DNA of 64,000 nt from Patescibacteria group bacterium (GTDB lineage Bacteria; Patescibacteriota; Patescibacteriia; JAXHNJ01), in assembly GCA_041649715.1 (NCBI GenBank), contig JBAZMP010000002.1, positions 196,964-260,963 of the forward strand, given 5' to 3'. The notes beneath the pieces were generated by a model. It searched no databases. It was not told the DNA's origin and saw only the letters and a list, made by a program, of their open reading frames with translations. Both the position numbers and the translations under genes were made by a program. Positions within the stretch are counted from its first letter, which is position 1. Every line of letters starts with the position of its first letter. Positions 8,462 through 16,092 of the stretch are shown one piece after another.

Positions 8462-9232
8462 ATGCCAGAAAACAGCGGCAAGAAAGAAGGAGGAGGAAAC
8501 AAGGGAATATTGGATGCCCCGCCTAAAACGACGTTTGTCATGGGAATTTTAGTCGGCGTGGTCGTTTGCGCCATTGTCGGCGTGGTTTTATCCCTGACCG
8601 TCGTGCAGACCAAGACTGCCTCAAATACCAATACTGTCGCGGGGGCGAACAGCAACAGTAATACCAATGCGGATGCGGTTGATCCGCGGGTCAGTGCGAC
8701 CAGTATCGCCCAATACGCCAGTGATTTGGGGTTGGATATCACTAAATTCAACTCCTGTATTAATGACGGTGAAAAAACGAAAACCGTCACTGACATGGCG
8801 ACCGCCGGTCAGGCCCTGGGAGTCCAGGGTACGCCCGCGACTTTTGTGAACGGTTATCTTGTGAGCGGTGCGATACCGTACGCGGATTTCAAGGCCATTG
8901 TTGACGAAGTGCTGGCCGGTAACGCGCCGACTTCCCAATACGCGGAAAAAACCGCGGTCGACGTGAAAGTGACTGAGGCCGACCATGTGGAAGGCGACGC
9001 CGGCGTTAAAGTGACACTGGTGGAATATTCGGATTTCCAGTGCCCCTATTGTTTGAATCACGCTTCGACCTTAAAACAAATTCTTGAAGAATATAGCGGC
9101 AAGGTTAAAATAATCTTCCGTCATTTTCCGCTTTCATTCCACGCCAACGCCCAGTTAGCGGCAGAGGCTTCAGAATGCGCCTCGGTTCAGGGAAAATTCT
9201 GGGAGATGCATGACAAGTTATTCGAACTCTAG
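8462..9232 (+). CDS. Membrane-anchored DsbA-family thiol-disulfide oxidoreductase, circularly permuted
   Basis: Contains EYSDFQCPYC, RHFPL, QGKFWEMHD and GVQGTP, but the GTP half lies N-terminal to the CPYC half. Confidence 0.88.
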   Translation: MPENSGKKEGGGNKGILDAPPKTTFVMGILVGVVVCAIVGVVLSLTVVQTKTASNTNTVAGANSNSNTNADAVDPRVSATSIAQYASDLGLDITKFNSCINDGEKTKTVTDMATAGQALGVQGTPATFVNGYLVSGAIPYADFKAIVDEVLAGNAPTSQYAEKTAVDVKVTEADHVEGDAGVKVTLVEYSDFQCPYCLNHASTLKQILEEYSGKVKIIFRHFPLSFHANAQLAAEASECASVQGKFWEMHDKLFEL

Positions 9233-9247
9233 TCCGTTGTAAAAAAT

Positions 9248-10003
9248 ATGATACCTTATTTCTCCCTTGAGGAGATTGATATAGGTTTTGTAAAAATCCA
9301 AATTTGGGGCCTGATGTTCGCGTTAGGCCTCATTTTTGGTTTATGGCAGTTTTTCCGGGAAGCCAAGAAAATAAAGACAGAAAAAATCGTCTTTGATCTC
9401 GCTTTGGTCATTATTATCAGCGCCCTAGTCGGAGCAAGGGCGTATTTTGTCCTGAATGAATGGTCTTATTTTAGGGAAAACCTTTTAGATGTATTTAAGG
9501 TCTGGGAGGGCGGGCTGGGTTTTTACGGCGGATTGATTTTCGCCGTTACTTTCGGCTGGCTTTATTTAAAGAAAAAGGGGATCAAATTCTGGCTTGTCTC
9601 CGATATCATGGTTATTTCCCTGGCGCTTGGCGAGGCGATCACCAGGCTCGGCTGTTTTCTTATCCATGACCATTGGGGGAAAATAACGGCCCTGCCCTGG
9701 GGCATTGAATATCTCGGAGAGGTCAGGCACGAAACTTCTTTATATTCTTTTCTTAGTTCTTTAATTTTATTTATTATCCTCTTGATTCTGAGAAAAAAGT
9801 TCATTGGTCAGAAAGAAGGTTTTTTAACCGCTTTTTATCTGACCTGGTACGGTTTAATATCATTTTTTATTTATGGCCTAAGAGCGACGGATTTGCCGGG
9901 TTCGGACCCTTTTTGGGGAATTTTGAGACCGTCACAGTATTTTAGCTTACTATTGTTGGTCTTAGGCATAGTATTATTTGCAAAAAGGAATAGAAAAAAA
10001 TAA
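9248..10003 (+). CDS. lgt: Prolipoprotein diacylglyceryl transferase
   Basis: GAR...VWEGGLGFYGG, RLGCF...DHWG...PWG, RHxTxLY motifs. Confidence 0.92.
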   Translation: MIPYFSLEEIDIGFVKIQIWGLMFALGLIFGLWQFFREAKKIKTEKIVFDLALVIIISALVGARAYFVLNEWSYFRENLLDVFKVWEGGLGFYGGLIFAVTFGWLYLKKKGIKFWLVSDIMVISLALGEAITRLGCFLIHDHWGKITALPWGIEYLGEVRHETSLYSFLSSLILFIILLILRKKFIGQKEGFLTAFYLTWYGLISFFIYGLRATDLPGSDPFWGILRPSQYFSLLLLVLGIVLFAKRNRKK

Positions 10004-10014
10004 TAAAGATAAAC

Positions 10015-10043
10015 AAAAAACAGACTGTATGGGGCCTGTTTTT
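10015..10043 (-). terminator. Terminator closing the tRNA/GIY-YIG transcript, possibly also used by lgt
   Basis: AAAAACAGGC...GTCTGTTTTT hairpin on the minus strand. Confidence 0.55.
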
Positions 10044-10072
10044 ATTTTTGGTACCAGGGGTGGGGATCGAAC

Positions 10073-10100
10073 TTCACCCCGCCTAGAAAGGCGGGGCAAG
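10073..10100. repeat. REP-like hairpin, copy 1 (TTCA-CCCCGCCT-AGAA-AGGCGGGG-CAAG)
   Basis: Perfect 8-bp stem; replaces 3 nt in the T-arm of the tRNA copy. Confidence 0.85.
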
Positions 10101-10127
10101 CGACCTCGGGCTTATGAGTCCCACGCT

Positions 10128-10412
10128 CTACTTCACCCCGCCCAACGGGGCGGGGCAAGCTGAGCTACCCGTGGAAATAGAAATATATTTTTTATATTGA
10201 TTATTCTTTTTCTTTAACCAGATTTCGTGCCGGCGCGCTTCTTTGTAGCTATTATGTTCCTTTAGGTAAACTAACCGATAAGGTTTTTTCTTAGCGGTTA
10301 TTTTCAATTTACCTTGATTATGTTCCGATAGTCTTTTTTGCGGATGGCGAGAAATTCCGGTATAGTAACTCTTTTCCTTTATACTCTGAATAAGATATGT
10401 GTAGACTTTCAT
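10128..10412 (-). CDS. Small GIY-YIG nuclease (UPF0213/Slx1-like)
   Basis: VYTY...YYTG...RLSEHNQG...EARRHE pattern with conserved Arg, His and Glu. The C-terminal ~15 aa are read through the pseudo-tRNA and hairpin. Confidence 0.88.
   Translation of the reverse strand: MKVYTYLIQSIKEKSYYTGISRHPQKRLSEHNQGKLKITAKKKPYRLVYLKEHNSYKEARRHEIWLKKKNNQYKKYISISTGSSACPAPLGGVK
10132..10159. repeat. REP-like hairpin, copy 2 (TTCA-CCCCGCCC-AACG-GGGCGGGG-CAAG)
   Basis: Perfect 8-bp stem with a compensatory C-G vs T-A pair relative to copy 1; replaces 3 nt in the D-loop. Confidence 0.85.
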
Positions 10413-10419
10413 AAACCTA

Positions 10420-10495
10420 TGGTACCAGGGGTGGGGATCGAACCCACGACCTCGGGCTTATGAGTCCCACGCTCTACCAACTGAGCTACCCTGGC
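10420..10495 (-). tRNA. tRNA-Met(CAT), elongator type (Ile2 not excluded)
   Basis: GCCAGGGTAGCTCAGTTGGTAGAGCGTGGGACTCATAAGCCCGAGGTCGTGGGTTCGATCCCCACCCCTGGTACCA forms a cloverleaf with encoded CCA. Confidence 0.93.
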
Positions 10496-10496
10496 T

Positions 10497-10571
10497 TGGG
10501 TGCGGGGGTGGGATTTGCACCCACGACCTCCGGATTATGAGCCCGGCGAGCTGCTACTGCTCCACCCCGCG
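10497..10571 (-). tRNA. Initiator tRNA-fMet(CAT)
   Basis: CGCGGGG...CCCCGCA acceptor with C1-A72 mismatch, GGG before CTCATAA, encoded CCA. Promoter TTGACT-N17-TAATAT at 10587-10615. Confidence 0.88.
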
Positions 10572-10618
10572 CGCTGATTACATCTTATATTAACAAAGAT
10601 TATTAATTGAGTCAATAA

Positions 10619-11374
10619 TTAGACTTTTTGGCAGACCCAAACCATTTCCCGGCTCTTGTCCGTGAAATTAGAGCGCTTAAAATCGCCATAGAGTTTTAAA
10701 GGTTTGAAACCGGTTAAGGCCAATAAATGCTCAAATTCAAAACGGAAAATATATCGCATCATCATTTTAAATTCTTTTTTCTCCACTAGAAGATTATGTT
10801 TATCCAATTCTTCGTGAATATATGTTATTTTTAGAATTTGATCGGCCGAATAAAAATGGTTAATGGCCGAGATTTTCACCTTGTTTTTCGTCACCGGATC
10901 TTTTACGTACGAATGGAATTCTTTTTTACCGTTGAAATTCGCCATTCTGTTATAATCCGGGTTAAAAAAATTAAGGATTAGTCTGCCCTTGTTGGTTAGG
11001 TGTTTGTGAATAGAAAGCAAGGCGCTTTTTTGCTCCTTGGCGTTTAAAAGATGAAGAAAGCTGCGGCAGGGAATAATGATTAAATCAAACTTTTTGTTCA
11101 GGTCAAAATTCCGCATGTCAGCCAGGTAGGTTTTGGGTTTTAAGCCGGCCGCCTTGGCTTTTCTTTGCAGGGTTTTCAGCATGCTTGGCGAGTTATCCAA
11201 ACCGTCAATATTAGCCCTGGCTTTTAAGGCGGGGATCATAATTCTACCGGTGCCGCAGGCGATATCAAGCGTTCTTTTTGATTTTTTTATCTCGGATAAA
11301 TAAAACCTCAGGTCTTCTTTAAAGCCTTGAAGTTGCAAATCGTATTCTTCGCCGGAAAATAAATAAGTGTTCAT
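10619..11374 (-). CDS. Class I SAM-dependent methyltransferase
   Basis: LDIACGTGR, GLDNSPSML, ADMRNF motifs. Confidence 0.92.
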   Translation of the reverse strand: MNTYLFSGEEYDLQLQGFKEDLRFYLSEIKKSKRTLDIACGTGRIMIPALKARANIDGLDNSPSMLKTLQRKAKAAGLKPKTYLADMRNFDLNKKFDLIIIPCRSFLHLLNAKEQKSALLSIHKHLTNKGRLILNFFNPDYNRMANFNGKKEFHSYVKDPVTKNKVKISAINHFYSADQILKITYIHEELDKHNLLVEKKEFKMMMRYIFRFEFEHLLALTGFKPLKLYGDFKRSNFTDKSREMVWVCQKV

Positions 11375-11516
11375 ATTTTTTAGTATTATAAGGTGATTTT
11401 ATCATTAATGTTCCTTTACGGCAAATAAAAAAGGCGTCGTACCCAGGGGGTCGTGCGCCTTAACCTTGTTTGTTATTTTTTGTGAAAAGCTCGCGACAGC
11501 AGGTCGCGAGCTCCTT

Positions 11517-11738
11517 TTATTTCTTGGGATTCCAGCCAACCACTATCCCCAACGGTTTAAACGGATCCCGGAGCAATGCTCCTCCCGGGAAATTCCGTAG
11601 ATTTTCCGCTCCGGACACCGGGCCTTCGACACCAGCTATGTCGAAAAGGGCTGTTGCCCCTACGGGACAATCGCATGGTAGATCGTTGTTGCCGGTCTCG
11701 ATCACGCCCGTATCGTTGCACTTCGGGCATTTTGCCAT
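11517..11738 (-). CDS. Small zinc-finger-like hypothetical protein
   Basis: CPKCNDTG...PCDC; AGGAGG RBS; hairpin AGCTCGCGAC/GTCGCGAGCT at 11488-11512 downstream. Confidence 0.65.
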   Translation of the reverse strand: MAKCPKCNDTGVIETGNNDLPCDCPVGATALFDIAGVEGPVSGAENLRNFPGGALLRDPFKPLGIVVGWNPKK

Positions 11739-11919
11739 TTCATGCCTCCTTTCAAGGAACCGGAATACTTAAGTCTTAAGTTATTTTGCAAATATTATCC
11801 TATTTGGATAATATAAAACCTTATCAGAAATATTAAGGAATGTCAAGATATAATTTAGAATATAGACAAAATTGACGTAAGTAAGGTTTTGGGTTATAAT
11901 TTCACCATTAACCGCCTTT

Positions 11920-12003
11920 GCCGCGGTGGCGGAATTGGTAGACGCGCACGACTCAAAATCGTGTGGGTGTAAATCCATGAGAGTTCGATTCTCTCCCGCG
12001 GCA
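11920..12003 (+). tRNA. tRNA-Leu(CAA)
   Basis: GCCGCGG acceptor, CACGA-CTCAAAA-TCGTG anticodon arm, long variable arm, CCA not encoded. Promoter TTGACG-N17-TATAAT at 11872-11900. Confidence 0.95.
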
Positions 12004-12024
12004 TGTTAAAATTTTAAACTATAA

Positions 12025-12783
12025 ATGGCCCGGATAATTTCCATAGTCAATCAAAAAGGAGGAGTGGGGAAGACGACGACCGCCATCAACCTAGGGGCTT
12101 ATCTTTCGCATTTGGGCCAAAGGGTTTTATTAGTTGATATCGATCCGCAAGCCAATGCCAGTTCGGGTTTGGGCGTTGATATCCGCAAGATCGGCCGGGG
12201 AATTTATGATGTTATGATCTTAAACCACCCGATCCACGATGTTATCTTGGAAACGGGTCATCAGGATTACAAGCTGATTCCATCGCACGTGAATCTGGCG
12301 GGAGCGAATGTCGAACTGGTTACTTTTGACGAACGCGAGTTTGTTCTAAGGAAGAAGATCACCGAGCTTGACCATCATTACGATTATATAATTATCGATT
12401 GTCCGCCCTCGCTCGGCCTTTTGACTCTTAACGGCATGGTGGCTTGCCGGGAGATCATCATCCCTGTGCAGGCGGAATATTACGCTTTAGAAGGCTTGGG
12501 TCAGCTCATGGAAACGATTCAGTTGATTAAGGAAAATTTAAATCCTGACTTGGAGGTTTTGGGCGCGCTTTTGACCATGTTTGAACACAAGCATAAGCTT
12601 TCGCGGGATGTCCTGCACGAACTGTACAAATATTTCCCCCGCAAGATTTTTCGGACGGCTATTCCGCGAAGCATCCGGCTGGCGGAAGCGCCTTCGCACG
12701 GTCAAAGCATATTAAAGTACGACAAACGCTCAAAAGGAGCGAAAGCGTATCATAAATTCGCCCGAGAGATATTAGAAAAATAA
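12025..12783 (+). CDS. parA: Chromosome partitioning ATPase ParA/Soj
   Basis: NQKGGVGKTT deviant Walker A, DIDPQ, IDCPPSLG, EAPS motifs. Confidence 0.96.
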   Translation: MARIISIVNQKGGVGKTTTAINLGAYLSHLGQRVLLVDIDPQANASSGLGVDIRKIGRGIYDVMILNHPIHDVILETGHQDYKLIPSHVNLAGANVELVTFDEREFVLRKKITELDHHYDYIIIDCPPSLGLLTLNGMVACREIIIPVQAEYYALEGLGQLMETIQLIKENLNPDLEVLGALLTMFEHKHKLSRDVLHELYKYFPRKIFRTAIPRSIRLAEAPSHGQSILKYDKRSKGAKAYHKFAREILEK

Positions 12784-12795
12784 TTTTTTAAACTT

Positions 12796-13647
12796 ATGGC
12801 TAACAATCAGGGTTTAGGCCGGGGGTTAAGCTCGCTTATTCCTTCAAGGAAAAGCGAAGCGAGTCCCATTGTAGAGTTATTGGATCATGAAAAGATTTTA
12901 AAGATAAAAGTTGAGACCATTGAGGCTAATCCCATGCAGCCGCGAGGCCGGATCGACCATGCGGCCCTGGAAGATTTGATAAACTCTATCAGGGAGTACG
13001 GTATTTTGCAGCCCCTGATCGTCAGCCGGTCAGGCGCTGGCTACACGCTAATCGCCGGCGAAAGGCGGTTAAGATCAGCCAAGATACTGGGCTTAAAAAC
13101 CGTGCCGGCCATCGTCCGCGATACCAGCCGTCAGGAAAAACTGGAAATTGCCTTGGTGGAAAATTTGCAGCGCAAGAATTTGAACGCCATTGAAGAAGCG
13201 ATGGCCTACCAGAAGCTGGTCGATGAGTTCAATTTAAACCAGGAAGCGGTCGCCAAAAGAGTGGGCAAAAGCCGCGAGGCGGTCGCCAATACCTTAAGGC
13301 TTCTTTCTTTGCCGCCAGAAGTTCAAAAAGCGATATTAGAGGAAAAAATCAGCGAAGGCCACGCGAAGGCCATTCTTTCCTTGCCCGCCGAAAAGCAACA
13401 GCTGAAACTTCTGAATACGATACTAAAAAGCAATTTGTCCGTCCGTAAAACAGAAAGTTACAGCCGTCAGATAAAAAAACCGCGCTTTTCCGCCCTTGAG
13501 CCGGAAATTATTGAACAGGAGGACAGGCTGCGGGAGCATTTGGGGACGAAGGTGAAAATCGATAAAAAGGGCGGCCGGGGAAAAATCACCATCGAATTCT
13601 ACTCCGAAGCGGAGCTTAATCAAATTGTTAAGAATATAATAAGATAA
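12796..13647 (+). CDS. parB: Chromosome partitioning protein ParB/Spo0J
   Basis: GLGRGL N-terminus, QPR, IAGERR, ENLQR and HTH. Confidence 0.96.
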   Translation: MANNQGLGRGLSSLIPSRKSEASPIVELLDHEKILKIKVETIEANPMQPRGRIDHAALEDLINSIREYGILQPLIVSRSGAGYTLIAGERRLRSAKILGLKTVPAIVRDTSRQEKLEIALVENLQRKNLNAIEEAMAYQKLVDEFNLNQEAVAKRVGKSREAVANTLRLLSLPPEVQKAILEEKISEGHAKAILSLPAEKQQLKLLNTILKSNLSVRKTESYSRQIKKPRFSALEPEIIEQEDRLREHLGTKVKIDKKGGRGKITIEFYSEAELNQIVKNIIR

Positions 13648-13652
13648 AAAAT

Positions 13653-15956
13653 ATGTCCAATGTAAAAACAAGCGCCATTAAAAATGACAGTAAGAATCTT
13701 TATCAAAAGATCGTGAGAGTCTGCCTCTATTTGTCGGTTTTTTTGATTCCGATTTTTTTCCTGCCCTTTACTTCGGAGTACATTGAGATAAACAAAACCT
13801 TCCTTTTTTACCTTCTTACCTTGGTCGCCGCCGTTTTTTGGCTTCTGGATGTGTCTTCAAAAAAAGAAAAGAAAGTTTGGTTTTCGCCCTTAGGCCTGCC
13901 GATCATCATTTTCGGCCTGCTTTTTTTGGTCGCCACGGTTTTTTCCTACCAGATGGATAATAGCCTGCTGGGTCTATCTTCTTATTATCATCACAGTCTT
14001 TTATCGATTGTACTTTTCACAATTTTCTTTTTTGTCGTCGTCAATAATATCACTAATACGGCTCAGATCAGGAAAATATTCGGATTTTTCCTTGCTTCTT
14101 CGGGGCTCGCCGTGATTTTCGGCTATCTTCAGCTTTTTAAGGTATATATCCTGCCTTGGGCGGGGACGAAAGCCGTAAATTTTAATCTCGTTTCAAATTC
14201 CGTCAATGGTTTTTCGATTTATCTGGCGCTTGTTTTCCTGATCAGTTTTATTTTTATGGTTTTAATCTGGGAAAAACGGCTTAAAATTTTGTTAGCGTCT
14301 TATTCGGCGCTCGTTCTGGCTCTCATTTTATTGCTTGATATCCAGGCCGGTTTAACCGCTCTGATCTTAGGAAGCGCTTTCCTGATTTTTTTCCTGACGG
14401 TCAAGGCACGGGATATCTCCCCCAAATGGACGGTTATAATCGCCCTGGTTTTAGCCTTAGCCGTTATTTTTTCCTTTATCGATGTGGCTGGCTGGCATAA
14501 TTTTGGCTTGCAGAAGGACATAGTGATTGATCAGGGCACGACTTTGGAAATAACCAAGGATAATATAGCCAAGAATTTTCTTTTCGGTTCGGGGCCGGGC
14601 ACTTTTTATTACGATCTCGTGAGGTTCCGTCCGATTAGTTTTAACAACACGCCTTATTGGAATTTAAGCTTTATCAAGGCTCCAAGCGAATGGGGTCAGG
14701 TACTGAACACGGTCGGTGTGTTGGGTTTCCTGGGTTTTGTCGGCTTATTTGTTTATTTTTTAATAAGCTTGCTGCGGAATTTTTACCGGAAAAAACTGGC
14801 CGGTTCAGAGAATTTTTTCCACTTACTGTTTATTTGTCTTACTTCTTTGCTTTTCTTTTCCGGGATTTTTTCCGCCTATTCTTTTGTCCTGATGTTTTGC
14901 CTGATATTGTGCCTGGCCTTGGGCACGGTTCTTTTGCGGAAACCGGAGTTAAAGGAAAAATCTGCAAAGGCCGGTCAAACAAACGCTTTTTCTTCCTTGG
15001 GTTTGTCATTAGTGATTATTTTTGCCATTGTCATTATTTATTTTTCCGGGCGGATATTTTTAGCGGATTGTTATTATACAAAAGCGTCGGTTCTGGTCAA
15101 TGAAAATGCCGATCTTGGCCAAGTGGAAAAGAACTTACAAAAAGCCGTGGATCTTTTCGGCCGTAACGCCAATTATAATTTTAGTTTGGCCCAAAATTAT
15201 CTAGTCCGGGCGCAATTGGCATCTCAAAAATCACAGACGGACAACAGCCAGATTCAAACCTGGGTGACCCAAGCGGTCTTTTTCGGGCAAAAAGGGGTCG
15301 AGCTGGCCGCTAAGGACCCGACCGCTTATTCGGCCCTCGCTTCTATTTATGAGAATATTAGCGTTATCAGCCAAGAAGATATCAGTCAGCTTATCGTCAG
15401 CAATTATCAAAAAGCGATTGAATTGGATTCGAACAATCCTCAAGTTTATTATCAGTTGGGCAGCTATTATGTGACAGCGGGTCAAACTTTAGTCAATTCC
15501 TTATCGACCGCTAAAGAAGAAAACAAAGAAACGGTAAGAGGCCAAGCACAGAGTTTGTTTGATTTAGCTTTAAGCAATTTTAAGAAAGCGGCCGACCTTA
15601 AAAATAACTATGCCCTGGCCGAAGCCGCCTGGGCTTTAACCTATGAATTGAAAGGCGAAACCGACACGGCGATTGCTGAAATCTTGAAACTTACCCAAAA
15701 ATATCCGTCAGACTTCACGCTTTTTTACGAATTGGGGCGGCTGTATCTCAATCAGGAAAAGCTTTCCGAAGCGACCGCCGCTTTTAGCAAGGTCGTGTCG
15801 TTATATCCCGATCATTCCAACGCCCACTGGCAGCTTTCTGCGATTTACGAAAAGCAGGGCCAGAAGGATTTGGCTATTTCTGAGATGGAGATCGTCTTGA
15901 CTTTGAATCCGGACAATGAGCAGGTAAAAGCGAAGCTGGCCGAATTGAAGAAGTAG
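13653..15956 (+). CDS. Polytopic membrane protein (O-antigen-ligase/Wzy_C-like) with C-terminal TPRs
   Basis: About 12 TMs, FGSGPGTF loop, G-x-x-G TM, then TPR repeats. Confidence 0.8.
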   Translation: MSNVKTSAIKNDSKNLYQKIVRVCLYLSVFLIPIFFLPFTSEYIEINKTFLFYLLTLVAAVFWLLDVSSKKEKKVWFSPLGLPIIIFGLLFLVATVFSYQMDNSLLGLSSYYHHSLLSIVLFTIFFFVVVNNITNTAQIRKIFGFFLASSGLAVIFGYLQLFKVYILPWAGTKAVNFNLVSNSVNGFSIYLALVFLISFIFMVLIWEKRLKILLASYSALVLALILLLDIQAGLTALILGSAFLIFFLTVKARDISPKWTVIIALVLALAVIFSFIDVAGWHNFGLQKDIVIDQGTTLEITKDNIAKNFLFGSGPGTFYYDLVRFRPISFNNTPYWNLSFIKAPSEWGQVLNTVGVLGFLGFVGLFVYFLISLLRNFYRKKLAGSENFFHLLFICLTSLLFFSGIFSAYSFVLMFCLILCLALGTVLLRKPELKEKSAKAGQTNAFSSLGLSLVIIFAIVIIYFSGRIFLADCYYTKASVLVNENADLGQVEKNLQKAVDLFGRNANYNFSLAQNYLVRAQLASQKSQTDNSQIQTWVTQAVFFGQKGVELAAKDPTAYSALASIYENISVISQEDISQLIVSNYQKAIELDSNNPQVYYQLGSYYVTAGQTLVNSLSTAKEENKETVRGQAQSLFDLALSNFKKAADLKNNYALAEAAWALTYELKGETDTAIAEILKLTQKYPSDFTLFYELGRLYLNQEKLSEATAAFSKVVSLYPDHSNAHWQLSAIYEKQGQKDLAISEMEIVLTLNPDNEQVKAKLAELKK

Positions 15957-16092
15957 GTATAATATTTATAAAAATAACAAAAAGGCTTGTAAAAAAACAG
16001 GTCTTTTTGTGAATGACCACTTGATTTTTTCTCCAAAATATGCTAAAATAAGAGTGAAATAGGCTAGTATTAACAAATAAAAAATAAAAACT

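Larger units (their letters stand above)
10049..10174 (-). pseudogene. Disrupted duplicate of tRNA-Met(CAT) carrying two 28-nt hairpin insertions
   Basis: Collinear with 10420-10495 except for inserts at 10073-10100 and 10132-10159, one extra base in the acceptor stem and a changed first base. Confidence 0.9.

Noticed and set aside
10073-10159. Hairpin inserts as spliceable tRNA introns
   Set aside because: Each insert replaces 3 tRNA bases and the acceptor stem has an extra base, so precise excision would not restore the tRNA. They are too short for group I/II introns and no bulge-helix-bulge was seen.
9978-10163. 61-aa plus-strand ORF
   Set aside because: Antisense translation of the terminator and pseudo-tRNA.
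11781-11978. 65-aa minus-strand ORF
   Set aside because: Antisense to tRNA-Leu and its promoter.
10049-12003. Prophage or integrative island at the tRNA genes
   Set aside because: No integrase, recombinase or phage structural gene, and no distal att repeat seen in the window.
12025-13647. parS site near parAB
   Set aside because: No TGTTTCACGTGAAACA-like palindrome found by eye; only CACGTG cores.
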